This document shows, piece after piece, positions 12,128 through 25,190 of a stretch of 57,597 nt of DNA. The DNA lies in the NCBI GenBank assembly GCA_009602735.1, contig WELA01002665.1, positions 1 through 57,597 of the forward strand. The letters run 5' to 3'. The position numbers were made by a program, and so were the translations under genes. Numbering within the stretch: position 1 is the first letter of the stretch; each line of letters begins with the position of its first letter. This DNA comes from Mesotaenium endlicherianum. Lineage: Eukaryota. The notes below the pieces were generated by a model. The model was not told the origin of the DNA. It was given only the letters and a program-made list of their open reading frames with translations, and made no database searches.

Positions 12128-12343
12128 GTAGGCCAGGAGGAGGGCAGGGGTGAGAGAGCTCGAGTACGCCGCCAGCGGGACACTTGGCGCGCCCTCCTTC
12201 ACGCACGCTGTGGAGATCTACGGGCGGCTGATGCATCCGGACGTGGTCAAGATTGTGGCTTTTGCAATTTGCTGCGAGGACGACAGCCGCCTGCTCATTT
12301 TTGAGTTCGTCCTGAACCTGCCCCTTGGACCATCACTTGTACA
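12128..12343 (+). pseudogene. Degenerate RLK/Pelle-family protein kinase exon (subdomains ~II-V)
   Basis: AVEIYGRLMHPDVVKIV..CCEDDSRLLIFEFV resembles EVExLGRLxHPNLVKLxGYCxEDDxRLLVYEF; CAG acceptor before and GTAAGT donor after. Confidence 0.7.
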
Positions 12344-13249
12344 GTAAGTCCCCCCCCCCNCTTCCCCTCCCTCAGGCACGAGAAGGATCGAAAAATTGCC
12401 GGCCGGCCGGCCGGCTGGACGCGTCTGTCTCACATATGTTTATTGTCGATCAATCCAAATAGGAGGGGGTGGACAGGGGCTGAGATGCAGCCGCAGTTCT
12501 GCCTAGGTGCAACTCCCAAGTCTACAGCAAGGACAAGAAAGCAGCCAGGCATGCGCGCTCAGCAGCCTGGCCGGGCATCAATGCCAGGTGTCAGTTCCAC
12601 ATGCCAGCTAGAGGTAGGTGACACATCGCGGGGCAGTGGTGGGAGGTGTCATCCATATAGTAATTTTGGCGCCTTGAATAGGAGTGCAGCGAGCGCGGCG
12701 GCACTGGAGAATGCATAGCCAGCTCTCATCGGTTTGGGTGTTAGTAGATTGAATGGAGCACTCCCGTAGCCGCCTAAGGAAGAGATAAAAAAGGCTATGT
12801 CGAGGAAGCCGTTGCAACTAAAGCGTCCTCCCTCCCTCGAGCTCGGAGCTTTTTGACTCCATAGAGGCCCACGTAGGCTTGAACATTGACGAGTCACATT
12901 CTCTGCATGGGCGCACGATCTCGTATGTGACCAGAGACCAAACTCTAGCTGATGCATAAAGCCGCAAAAATGATTGCATCAATGCACCACGCAAAATAGG
13001 ATACTAAATTACACATATACGAGGCTAGCACAGATTACTACAAGCTTGGCCTTTATTATTGTAACGTGCGTGTTTTTATATTTGAGATGCTATGACTATA
13101 GTATAACAACACATTGTCTCTTAATTTAAGATTAAAATGAGAGCCTGCTTGCGTTTACGTCAAGTGCGTTACGCATTCGGAGCTGCATCATTTTGGTTGA
13201 TCTCATCTCACGTTGCTAAAGCTCTCTTTCCTTTCCGCGTGTACGTAAG

Positions 13250-13472
13250 ACTCTGGGCTTTTGTGCAAGTCGCGCATGTGCTCCACTTGGCACTCATGCA
13301 GCGTTCCTGTCCTCTGTCCCCGCCTATGCACCGCCAGTTGTGCTTTGTCCTAGATCTTTGTTCTAAAGGACTTATATGTCACTCCAGCCGCAGCAGCAGG
13401 CATCTTACTATGCTATGACCCTGTTCGTTGTGTTCCTCTCCCACATCTACGCACACAAGTTATCCCTACTCT
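13250..13472 (+). repeat. Diverged direct repeat, copy 1 (copy 2 at 28729-28930)
   Basis: Shared blocks ACTCTGGGCT, TGCAAGTCGC, CACCGCCAG, AGGACTTATATGkCACTCC, CCTCTCCCACA, CCTACTCT in the same order. Confidence 0.85.
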
Positions 13473-13479
13473 AAGAATA

Positions 13480-14466
13480 TTAACGTCTAGTACACGGCTT
13501 CGAATAGCTCTTGGGTACACAAAACTGTGATCTCGGCGGCGTAACTAACGCAGAAGTTCCAGCGCCACGACTATGAGTAGTCACGACACCTTTGTTACGA
13601 AAAATGTAGTTGCTGATACCGCATTCCCCCCATACCACCACACGCACCACGTAGATGGAGCAAGGTAGAGGCCAGTGTTTCCCTCGCTCCAACACCATCA
13701 TGCGCATCAGATCGGCCCTCACCAGGTTTTCCCCTTTGACTACGGGTCCCAGGTGCCATAACCCCTCTTCCGGTTGTGGGCACGTAGGGTGGCCGGGAAG
13801 GCAACGGCCCTTTGCAGCACGCTTCTTTGCAAGGCTCTCAAGAAGCGAGCATTCAGAGGGGTCCTTGCACTGCTGACCAGCCAGCGGCCATTCCATGCCA
13901 GCTTAGCATGCAGCGAGGCCCAAAAAAACTTCCAAGGAAGCCGTAAACTGCATAAGGGTCAGGCTTGATCAACCTGGCGGCCAGGTTGGGCCTCCCGCAG
14001 CTCCCCCAGTGGTAGCACCCAAGTCAATCGCCTGGAGCGTGGCCCTGGCTTGTGACGTGTCAGAGGAGGTCCATTGCTCGGAGAAATAAACGCACTGGCA
14101 ATGACAGGAGTCCAATGGATGGATATCGATCGACACAACTCGCGAGGGGTCCAACAGTGAAAAAATGCAAAAGGGGGAAGGAAAACTTGCTGGCAGTCTG
14201 TGGGATCAGCATAGAACCCAAATGGCCGACCCACACAAGAAAGTGAAAGCACAGGGGGGAGGAGGAAACTGCAGGTCCAGCAATGACAAAGCGAGGGGCC
14301 AGGCGAGAGGGTGGGTTTGGAGAGGCAAGGAGAAGGGAGGGGGGCAGGAACGCTTGACTGTGGGGGCAGGGAGCGAGGGGGCGCAATAGAAGAAGGAATT
14401 GTGGAGGGGCCGATGACTGCGGGGGCGGGGAGGTAGGACAGGCACTTGCCAAAGGAGCAAGAGGTA
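13480..14466 (-). pseudogene. 3' part of an unknown Pro-rich gene split by the DNA transposon
   Basis: Removing 14467-26065 restores the frame ...PPNTEPQPL/PLAPLASACPTSPPPQ. Confidence 0.55.
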
Positions 14467-16853
14467 CACTCTAGATTTTCTTAGCACCCCCCTGAAATTA
14501 TTATGACATGAAAGTAATTTGACCGGGCAAAAAGACCCTTTCCGAGTCAACGCAGTCGGAATTCACTACTCAACATCTTAAAACGTCATTTCCGCTGATT
14601 TAGACGAACCTTAATTGTGTGAAGTGTTGACGTTCACAAACTCGCTTGGGCCGGTAATTGCCTATTATTTGACAAAATGGGTCCACTGACATAATCGTCG
14701 AGGGTCTGCTTCACATGTGCCGTTCCTTCATCGAAGCACTGTTGTGAACAATGCGTCAAGTGATCCCTTCATTAAAGCTTAGACGACCACAACGGGTCGA
14801 GCTCCCGCATTGATTCGTTGATAACGGAACTCTCAAGCCCGCTTCGACCAACAAGAGCCTCAATTTTTCCTTCATAACTACTGCATGCTTTCTTGCAGCA
14901 TCTATTTTCTCACGCAGCCAGTCATCTACAATTCTCACCCATTTTTATCAGCACAGGTCCCTGTAGCCGAGTATGCCTTTCACTACAGAGTAGCTTAATC
15001 ACCGCTTTACAGATGATGTTATTGCCATTTGTTTACATCCTACGTTGTCTTTCCTTTGCTCTCCTTCTCTACCAACCTCATTCCATGAACGGAAATACGA
15101 GAAAACGTCATGTGGATAAGAAAGCAGCGTACTTTTGTTCCCATCCTTTACCTGATGAAAGCATGTGTTCATTCTCCCTGAAGCCCAATTACAATGACAG
15201 ACTACTGGACCATCACAATGCTCAAATCCATGGCATTTTCCATTTCTGTATGTTCATGGGTTGCACATCTAGATACACAAACCGGTTCAATCTTGCATTC
15301 CACCAGGTCCAATCACGGTGAGTTTATTGCTCCATACCCATGCTATAGAGTGAAGATTGTTCTCTCCCTTTCCAACGTTTTTATTACTTTACCTGGTGGG
15401 ATGAATTGCTCCGATGTAACTCCTTCTGCACCCCATGCTCTTTATACTAACTTCTGAATTGTATTATTTTCAGGCAACAAGGTGTTGGCTTCCACTCACA
15501 CCAATATTGCAATGCCTCTCACTAGTACCTGTTCACTGACTTCCTGTTATTGACCCCTGTGTATATATCTTATACCCGTCTCTTTGCTACTTTGCGTTTT
15601 GGATACTACAAATATGATATCTATTTTTCTATCATTTCATTTTTCATCTTCGCCATATAACTACTGCTAGTTCGTGAGCTCACTTCTCACCAGTCCTCTC
15701 CACTTCCTGTCTTTCTGTTGTAGGAAATCCACTTCAAGAGAGTCAACCAATTCTCAAGTCTGCCACTACTTTAGTACAGGCAACATCTACGAATTATGAT
15801 GGTCCAACTGGTCTTGTTTCTGAGTCCAATCATCTGCTGCAGCTACAAGGTTGACTTCTTAATCAAATTACCAAATAGCTTATATTGTGGACACATTCAT
15901 TCTCGTTGTTTTCCAAGCCTTACCCTCTTGGATCTACTGTAATTCATTCCATACGGTTGTCTTCCCTTTTGTTTAAAATATTGCCTTTCGTCCATGAATA
16001 CTGTTTGACTTATTGTTCACGAAGCTTTGCGTCCTCCTCCGCATACTGCGAAAGTCACATAACTGGAAGCAGGCTACCTTCTCCCTTGCCGTATAGCAGG
16101 CGTCTGCCCCTTTGTGTCCTCTATTCATTGCTCTCTCCCTTGGACTAATTTGTCCGCTCTTTCTCTTCCATCGAACTTGCTCCCTCCTTCTCTCTCGCTG
16201 CTTCTTTCTTTATAACTATCACGTTCCCTTCTTTGTTTCCTTGAAGCTGTCTTACTCTGTGTTTACACTTATACATCTTGGTTTGTGGAACCTATGTGTT
16301 CAGGTGCAGTGCGTGAAACAGGGCAGCCTGCCAGTGCTTTTGCAAGTCCAACAACCATGCGGCTTGGAAGTGCTGCACTCTTGAATCAAAGGGCGCCCAT
16401 TATTGTACAAAATATTGACCAATATGAAAGTATGTTCTGTTCCAATATCGTTCATGTGCTCTCACATTTCCACTGAAATTCTTCTTGCCTGCCTGTTTCA
16501 TGTGTACGCTAGTTTTTATTCCATTTACTATGTGCGTCTTACTGTTGTTTGCACATATGCCCAGTACATCTTCATGTTCATAATTCTCAGGATGTTCTTG
16601 AATTTACTACTTTATACGTCTTTTGTCATTTTTTTTTGCCTCTGTTGCTGCTTTGTTATTTGCACTTACATATTACAAAACTCAGTGTTCTCCCTTGCCT
16701 CTTCCATCAACGTCATCCAATGCCCCTTAACCCTTCCCCCCTACTGGTTTCCCCCCTTCATGTATCGCTATTCTTTTGGGCATGGTCTCCTTTTTGTCAG
16801 TACTGGTTTTCACTCAATTGTCTCATTCTTCGTTTCATGCTCCATTTATGTAG

Positions 16854-17872
16854 CTCCCCTCGGTAGTTCGTCGTCTACCTCTTCACGGCAACAGAGGAGA
16901 AGAAAGGCTGCAAAGAGGCGTCGTGCTGTCATCAACTCCATCAGTTCTCTTTCTGATTCCTCGTCACATTTGGGTGTACCCTTATGTGAACCATTGCATG
17001 CCTCTGTACCTCTCCAGAACCCCTCTCCATGCCCTCCTCTATATACGTATCCTGCTCTACATAATGGTATTATTTCGTCTTCCTCACTTGGTACATCTCC
17101 CTCTAGTCACTCTACCCCATCTTTACTTACGACTGACCTCTCCTCTCCAGAACATTCTAATCCAAAATCCCCTTTGTCTTCACCCTGCATGTCGCCAGTA
17201 TTTAATGCTTACCATTCAGACCATGAAACTCGTCACCACACATACTCTGAATGTTGTACCCCATCTGGCTCTCCGAATGGTGGCACTCAGTCAGGAGACT
17301 CTGAGGATTTTGAGACTTTCGTGGACAACGTTAATCGCTCTCGAACACGTCCTGTAATGTCAAACACCACCTTTGGTGACCCTCTTGTCAGACCATACGG
17401 GCGCCTGAGGTCCTTCACATTTGCTGTTGTGTTTGCACACTACATGTTGGTTTCTCCAGATGCCCAAAGAATTAGCAGGGAACTCATAGCTGAGATTCTA
17501 AGCCACCAAAAGTTTTCTGTGAAAGACTTCTTGAGACAACCACGCACAGATTTGAGAAATTAAAGAAACAACTTGGTGAGGTTGGTGTGAAGCAATTTGT
17601 CATGCCGGATGGTGAAATTCCATACTATAGAAGCATAGTTGACACTCTTACTTCATGTCTTTCTGATCCTCGTTACACCGATCACATCCATTGGAAACCA
17701 GAATACACGCGCGGGGGGTTAGTAACCGGTATTTACAATGCACCTTTTGTTACTGACGATCATGATGACGATTTTTTCAAAGAGTATAAAGCTAGTTTCA
17801 GGACTTCTGGAGGTGCGGACCTCACTCTTCATCTTGGAGATAACGTTGTTTTCCATGAGACGACGTCGAATG
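16854..17872 (+). pseudogene. N-terminal exon of a CMC-type transposase, truncated before the catalytic core
   Basis: YGRLRSFTFA and GLVTGIYNAPFVTDD match YGKLRNFSFA and GVVTGVHNAPFVTDD of the transposase near 57500-57130; TAG/GT boundaries; stop and frameshift near 17561-17587. Confidence 0.75.
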
Positions 17873-18264
17873 GTAAATGTTAGCCACATATTTGCTTTTC
17901 TTTTTGTTTGCCCTGTCATGCATAGGGGTATGGATCTCTGTGAATTCCTTCCTTTCCCTATGCTCACCCAGTACTTATGTTCATGCTCCCTTGTGCTTGG
18001 TTTTTTGTATTCCATGCTTGTACGTTCTCATATATATGCTAGGCACGTCTGGGAGGCATGTGGTGCATGTTTCTCTTTTATGGTCGTACATATCTGCATT
18101 GCCCATTATGTCTCCCAGAACTTGCAGATCTTCATTAAAATTCTTCGTAACCACATTTGTGCATGCTTGGATTGCTCTCTAATTAATGTGCATGGTATAC
18201 AACTTACCCTCCAGTCTTGCCATGCAACTGTTTCCACTCTCTTTTCTCTTAGCACCCTCTTAGC

Positions 18265-18267
<3 letters not shown>

Positions 18268-18312
<45 letters not shown>
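18268..18312. repeat. (CT)n microsatellite
   Basis: Perfect CT run. Confidence 0.95.
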
Positions 18313-18314
<2 letters not shown>

Positions 18315-19121
18315 TACCCTCCGTCCTCACCCTAACTGTGCTCTGATCATGTGGCCTTTTCTTTCCCCTTTATGTATGTTACTCAGAGACCTCCATGTGG
18401 TAAGAGTTGATTATTTTGTTGCAGGGCACGTGAGAGGTGGCCATTTTGGGTTACTACACAGCAAACGCTGCTGCATCTTTGAACCTGGTGTGGCCATTGT
18501 ACGGGTGTATGGTTGTGGAGGAAGCAACATAGCATATGCTTTGCAATTGTCAGCAGGTAGGTGTGTTTTTGTGGTCATTGTGTTTTGTGCTAAGATTGTT
18601 TTCCGGCATGTAGCTTGGTATGAGTAAAATAATCATTTAGCTTCTAACTCTACGTCTATTTGGCCACCTTTATGCGTGCCTTCCTGCTCTTTGTGTAGGT
18701 GTGTAGGTGTGCTCGTTTGCACGTGCAACAATGTAATGTGAATGTGTGTCTGTCAATCTGTAAGTGTGTCGTTTGCGCATCTGGGGGTTGGAGGAGGTTG
18801 CTACTTAGGCTGACCTGGCGTCCTATAAAGTGGCGGCTTGCCTGCCTGTTGGCCTAGTAATTGAAAATTTCTTCCCAAGGCTATGAGCATGCATGCAGTA
18901 TTTGAGGCCAAGGCGCATGCGTGTGTTGCAAGCAAGTTTGTGATTAGGCAGAACTAGCGCCCTCATATGTGCATGCCCCGCACCTTGCTCCAACACGGGT
19001 GTGCTCGCGCACCTACAGGGTGCTGTGTCCAACCCCACAGGCCGCATAGCAGACTTACGAGGGGGGAGGCGCGTGTGTGCGTGCGTGCGCGTGGCGGGGG
19101 GGGGGGCGGCAAGGGGCGCAG

Positions 19122-19892
19122 GTGCATGGCAGACTGCGGGTGGATCGCGGGGCACTCGTACATGGTGTACAGCTCGCTGCTCAACGGGGGCGCGCAGGTG
19201 GTGCTTGAGGGCGTGCCTAGCTTCCCCGGCTGGGGGCACACCTGCCAGGTGGCGGAGGTGCACCAGGTGTCCATCTTGTACACAGCGCCCACCACCTTCC
19301 GCGCGCAGATGCGCACCGACGACGACGTGCGTCTGACCCTCTCCCTCCCTCTTGCCCCCTTCATGGTCCATTGTGCGTGCTTGCGTGCATGGGCTTATCC
19401 CATTAGCAGGAAAGGGGGGGGGGGGGGGGGGGGGNGGGGGGGGGCAGCGGGGGGTTGGATGACTGCTTCTCTGCTCGTGAGTAAGAGAAGGCGCCCTTCT
19501 CTTACACTCTGCATGTGCGTGCATGTGTGCTGTGTGCGAGTGTGCTGTGCGTCAGCATCCTGGGGTACGTGTCTGTGTAGCAAAAGCCACGGGAGAGGAG
19601 CACGCTTGCCCTCACAGTGCACGCCATCCACTCGCGCGTTGCCTGCATGCCACCGCCAGCCAACCACGACTTGTACGCGGGCTTTTTTCAGCTAGTGGGC
19701 CTGTCCCGCGCCCTCTCCTACTCCCAGTATCAGCAGCAAAGGTGTGTTCATTTTGGTTCTGTGGGCGCGGGGCTGGTGGCAGGGGGGGCAAGGGGGTGGG
19801 CGGCATTGGGCAGTGCGTGATGAGGTATACTTGCAGAAGTCGCTGCGTGCGCTGGGCTGCGTGGGAGAGCCCATCAACCCCCCAGCCTGGAG
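19122..19892 (+). pseudogene. ACS: Acetyl-CoA synthetase fragment, two exons (19122-19326, 19814-19892)
   Basis: CMADCGWIAGHSY..LLNG..EGVP..ILYTAPT and KSLRALGCVGEPINPPAWR are AcsA signature segments; CAG/GT splice sites; frameshift in exon 2. Confidence 0.9.
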
Positions 19893-20541
19893 GTGCGCCG
19901 ACCTCCTCTCTACCTCCTTCCTCCTCCCCTCCCTCCCTCCCCTCCTCCCCCCTCGGCCCCTCTCTTGCTGCAGCTGAATATCTCTCCCCCCTTGAAGAGC
20001 GAGCATGATATTGATGGCACATGCATGAGTCATGCTTGTCCGTGCTGGGCTGTGTGCTGCCTGCTATGCGCGCGCGCGGGGGTGCTGTCACATATTTCAG
20101 GTAACATACTTGATTCTTGAGTTTATGAGTGTCGTTCACCAACCTCACAGAAATGATGTTACCTCAATTGACTAACATTATTGCTGTTTATATGCACTAC
20201 ATCACAGGTTGTCACACATTGTGTGAAGTTAGTTGCATAATTTATGAACATAATTTTTCAAAGATGTTACTTGCTACTAATCTTATGCATAAAACAGGTA
20301 GTATTGCTGCAAAGTGCACATGCTATAAGACAAATATCGGAAGTGCAAAGACGATACATGCATCATGAGGTACACATTCAAAATTGTCATTTGGATGTCA
20401 AGATGGCATATGTGAAAATGTCAATTATTAGCAGACTTTGATAGCAGTGTCTTACAATCGGCGACATCACTCACTTACTACACAATGAAGGCAGGGATTT
20501 ACAACGAGGTACAGCCATGGATAACACAAAGTATATAGTAA

Positions 20542-21640
20542 TCATAAATAAGAAGGTACTATACATTGCTCAACATCATCTAGCAATCTCAACAAATCAC
20601 AAGGCTCATCCTCATTGCTGTCAGAAGGTAAAACCACATTATTGAAAATCGGAGAAACATTCTGCTCCAATGATTGTATCGTACTAAGATCTTGCTCATC
20701 TCCTGCATACAAACTTTCATTGTGTAGTGCCGCTTCTGACATCCCCTCAGGCAACTGCAATTGTTCTGTACTATTCTCCATCTCCACGCCAGCAGGTCTG
20801 CGATCACCATCTAGTCTCACACAAGTACGTGTGGGGGGCTCCCGCGGGTGTGACCGAATTTGTAACAGGAAAAAAAGAGAGGTTCATGTGTCAACAATAT
20901 TGATTGAAATATGTTGAGGGACACCGGAATCGCATGTGCAAAGGAAAATGGGGTGGGATGACAAGGTTCACGTACCACTTCTGGCCTGGAAGCGGGGTGA
21001 CATAAGATGAACATCATGCTGGACTTGCGCAGAAAACGTGACACCCGGTACTTATTTCCTAGAGAGCAAAAGATCTTGATGCGGGCAGGGATCTGCATAG
21101 AAACAGTAACAAACTCAATGTCATTCATTTTGTGAGGGTACAAAACAACACAAAAATTGCTATTAATGAAATTGTTCACTGCGAAAGCATCATGAAAAAA
21201 AATTATAATAGAACAAAGCATGTGTAAAATGTATACATACACACAAGCTGCAAATGGCACATGTGTGGAGAGAGTTGAAAGTGTACTACTTACAGCGTAG
21301 TCAGAGGGCTCAAAGTATGTCACAAAACCCTTGAGAGAAGCAAGTTTGCTGTCAACAAGCTTTGCCAGGTAATAGGCGTTCATTGCAGCTATGTGACCAA
21401 TTTGGGTACCGCGAGGACTGTGAACTTCAATAGCGTTGAAATCAAAGGGGTTGCAAGGATTCCTTTTCAGTGTCACTGTTTGCATATAACCAACATAAAT
21501 AATGTAATGTGCGTGTGGAAAGGAATAAAAAAGAAGGAACTTTCACATAAAACTTGCATTTTACCTGATGGGCAGCTGGTCACACCAGCCTACATACCAT
21601 CACATCTAAATAGGGGCATTATAGTGAACATACACATAGG
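20542..21640 (-). pseudogene. Stand-alone HIRAN-domain gene with acidic tail (multi-exon)
   Basis: VTLKRNPCNPFDFNAIEVHSPRGTQIGHIAAMNAYYLAKLVD is the HIRAN motif. A phase-0 GTAAGT..CAG intron (21293-21093) joins it to IPARIKIF. No helicase follows. Confidence 0.8.
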
Positions 21641-22358
21641 GACTGTATAGTCGACAAACATATAACAATAAAGGCAGAAGCGAGGAGTTGGGAGAAATAG
21701 GCCCGGGAGGGAATGGGAGCAAAGGTGAAGAAGGGCTTGTACACAAATAAAAAGATGTGCCAGCTAAAACACACAACCGAGCAGGCTGTAGGCAGCTCAC
21801 TTGGGATCATGAGATCTGACAAGTGTAGCAAGCCTTGCATAATTTATGAACATGATAAAACTAAGGGAAAGAGTATATGGAGGAATGCATATAAAGACAT
21901 TCAGCCCCATCATGCAAGGTCAAGGTCAAAGAGCACCCCACAAAACAAGATGCAATATGCACCCACATACTTAACTCTCACCAAGAGCACACGCACAAGA
22001 GGTAGCAGGCGTCAGGCACAAAACGGGGCACTTGATTGAGGCGGAACCTGACGGACGCACGTAAATGTTCAAACAATTGCGTATTGAAGTGAGCAACTGT
22101 CTCCGAGGCGGTATAAGACTGTAAAGAGCACGTAAGTGTTAGTACGATGAGGTATACGACGTGTCGATACGACAGCCGAGGATTACGTACGTGAGGTACA
22201 AGTGTTTAACATGGACATTGAACATTGAGAGGATAACGAGTGCAGCATGAGAATGACGAACAGTGGTCAAAAGCGGCGCATAAATGGCTACCCTGGAGTA
22301 GTCACCATCATCGTTAGTTACACAGTGAAGGTCTTTTTAAGTATAATATTGTGCACTT

Positions 22359-25190
22359 ATGGAAGACTCTACGTCGAAAGGGGCTTCTGAAGAGAGAAGC
22401 GAGAGTTCAAATGGAGGAAGTTTAGCCAAACGTGCAGATGGGGAAGGAACCTGTGTTGAAGGGAGAAATAGGTCCATCAGAACTAGGCAGCCTAGTGCTA
22501 AGGTGAGGGAATCGCAAATGGCTGAGGATGACGGAATGCAGGATGTTTTGAAAGGTGTGCAAGGGTCATTAGTAATCTCTAAGGAAGAAAAAGCACAAGC
22601 AAAAAAGCAAGAAATTCTTGTGGAGAACTACGTAGCACGGGTTGAAGTGAAGAGTAGAAACAGGGTAGAAAGAGTAGGCCAGAAAGTGAAATCTATCAGT
22701 GCAGTCGATAACGCTGCACAAACTGTCGTTGCTCCTGTAGGTGGCCCACCTGCTACATGTAAGCCTTTGTCAGTAGCTCAGAGAGCTTCTTTGGAAGCAG
22801 CTAAGGATGGTGCAAAAGAGGGAGTAAAAGAAGGTATGTCGGAGTTTTTTATGGGACATGACAACTTTAAACAATTCCATGACATACCTTTGACCATTCT
22901 GCAGGCAGTGGCTGTGAATGTTGAGAGGCTGGTGAGGAAATCACGGGTAGGTATTGAGGGATATAATGGGGAGAACGATACTTATGCTACAGATATTTTG
23001 GACAAGGGCATGGAAGACTTGAAAAGGAAAAGCGAGGCGCTATTAGAGCGAGAGACACAGTTTGTAGATGTAGTGGAACTATTGAAAGAGGCGACGGAGA
23101 AGTGGGACAACATTGAGGAATCACTCAAGCGCGTGAAAGCAACTTTGGCGACTGGGGTAGAAGGAAGGCGCGTCAACCACCGAAGGAAGTGAAGAAGGAA
23201 GATGACCCTTTGGAGGTATTGTGTATTTTCCTCATGCTGCAGTTGTGACTTTGTTTAGTGGTTTGCAATTTATGGTCATGTAAGCTAAGGGGTTGCCAGT
23301 TCTTGCATTTATTTTGTACAACACTTGCATTAGCAGACTTAGACGTTAAATATGGCAGTATTATTAATGCAAGTACAACATGCACAATTGTGCAGTGATC
23401 GCAAACCTACCCCACATGTTGCTGTTGAATGCCAGGCGTGTCTTATTGAACACCCACTGGTAGTGCAAAACACGTGGTGTATGTTGTATGAGGGCGTACA
23501 ATTCTGTTTTGCAGCTCAAGTGCACCAGAGAGGTATGGGAGGAGAAAAGAGCGAAGGTCATTGTTGGCCTTTTCAACAGAAGCGAGTATGCAAAGCAGCT
23601 CATGTGGATGGATGTATTGGCCAAAATGAAGGTGCATGAGCATGAAGAGATGATGCATGGCGCCTCCGACTTGGCTAAGAAGCTTTTGGAAATGCAAGAG
23701 GATGAAATTGTGAACGAGACAATATTGAACCCCATGAAGAAGGTAAGGGACCTCTACTACAGCAAGTTCAATTTGGCATGTTGCATACATCCTGCTTCTC
23801 AAAGAGTGCTATTTGTGTGCATAGCAAGTAGTTCCTGTTCATGTTGGGAAGTGAAGACCTGGTTTACTCTGTATATGTATTGTGGTCTGTCGGTAAGGTT
23901 CTTGTTGTAATGCAGGTGTGAAATACTTGCATAAATCCGAATTAATGAACAATAATGTGTGTGCATAAATCAAGTGAAGCCAGCAATGCAACTACTTGGT
24001 CTTCCTCTCAACAAGTTTAGAGTATATTCAGTAGTGTTCCAAATGCTGAGTACGCCTATGTTGGAGTGCAGTAAATGGGGTGTTTATGGATCCAGAGCAA
24101 TGGCGACTTCAACAAGTACATCACCCTGGATCGCACCTTGAGGGGGAACAAGATTGAGGATAGTTATTGAGGTGAGGACGGTACACTTGCATTGGAACAT
24201 GCAACAGTCATTGCCAAGCGGGTCTTGAATACTCGCTTTCCTTGGAAAGAATGGTACAAAACTGCACCTAAAGGGAAGGAGAGAATTGCACTGGAGATTG
24301 AGGGCGTGAAATATGTCGTGGCTTACTACAAGGACAAGCAGGTGAGTAGTTGTGTGCATTTTGATAGCAGCAGTATAATATCATAGAAATAATGTAAGAT
24401 GGATTATTTGTTTGCAAGTACATGGTTGAGTGACGCTCATATTGGCATTTTGAAACATGTCTTGCAGGGCAAGCTGGATGCCCTTGCTCCTGTGCCTCTA
24501 ACGGACGTTGCGGTGCCCAGGAATGGTGCGGTCAACAGTATTGCATCACGAGGAGGTAAGTCATGCTGTGAAAAGTGGAAGTCCACAAAGAGGTAGAATG
24601 GCTGTTGACAAGCATTGAGGGTGTATGGTTGGAAGTTAGCGTTGGTCTGGTCAAAGAATGTGCCACTTGGCGTATATTTGTTGGCATTTGACAGAGTGCA
24701 AATATTGCTGTGAGGACCTGTTGTGGTGCTGCCGTGGTGCATTGCATGCCATGGTATTGGGGCGGGGGGGTTCAAAGAGCTTTTTATGATGCATACATGT
24801 TCAAGAGGGCTGTGGTTGATAGTGATGTAAGTACTAAGGTGTCTACTTGTCGTCTCAAATACATTTCTTGTGGTCTGGTTTTGAATATAGGGTCTTGGTG
24901 TGCTGTGGCCGATAGTGGGCATGCCTGGCATTGGGACGGGGGCTACAGAGTGATTATTATGATGCACACAAGCAGGGGTTATTTGGGTACTCGTGATTTT
25001 GGCCTGTCAACGAATGCTGTGCGATGATTGCCGTTGTTGCCGCACGCATTACCTGACTAATTTGTTTTGTTTGTGACAGAGACAATGGCAAGTGAAAGCA
25101 ACATGTGGGCACAATCAACAAGTGGATTGGGAATAGCAAGTGAGGGAGGGTTGAGAAAGAAGATGAAGAAGTTACATAGACATGAGTGAT
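22359..25190 (+). pseudogene. Unknown multi-exon transposon accessory gene (low-complexity N-terminus, coiled coil)
   Basis: 277-aa ORF, then coding-like exons ending at GT donors (~23742, ~24341, ~24556). Lies inside the TIRs. 3' limit approximate. Confidence 0.55.

Noticed and set aside
13487..13490. Helitron 3' end (CTAG)
   Set aside because: No GC-rich hairpin at the expected distance and no A/T insertion context.
16403..16853. Hydrophobic N-terminus of the 386-aa ORF as a membrane protein
   Set aside because: T-rich intron-like sequence read through by chance; coding-like sequence starts after the TAG at 16851-16853.
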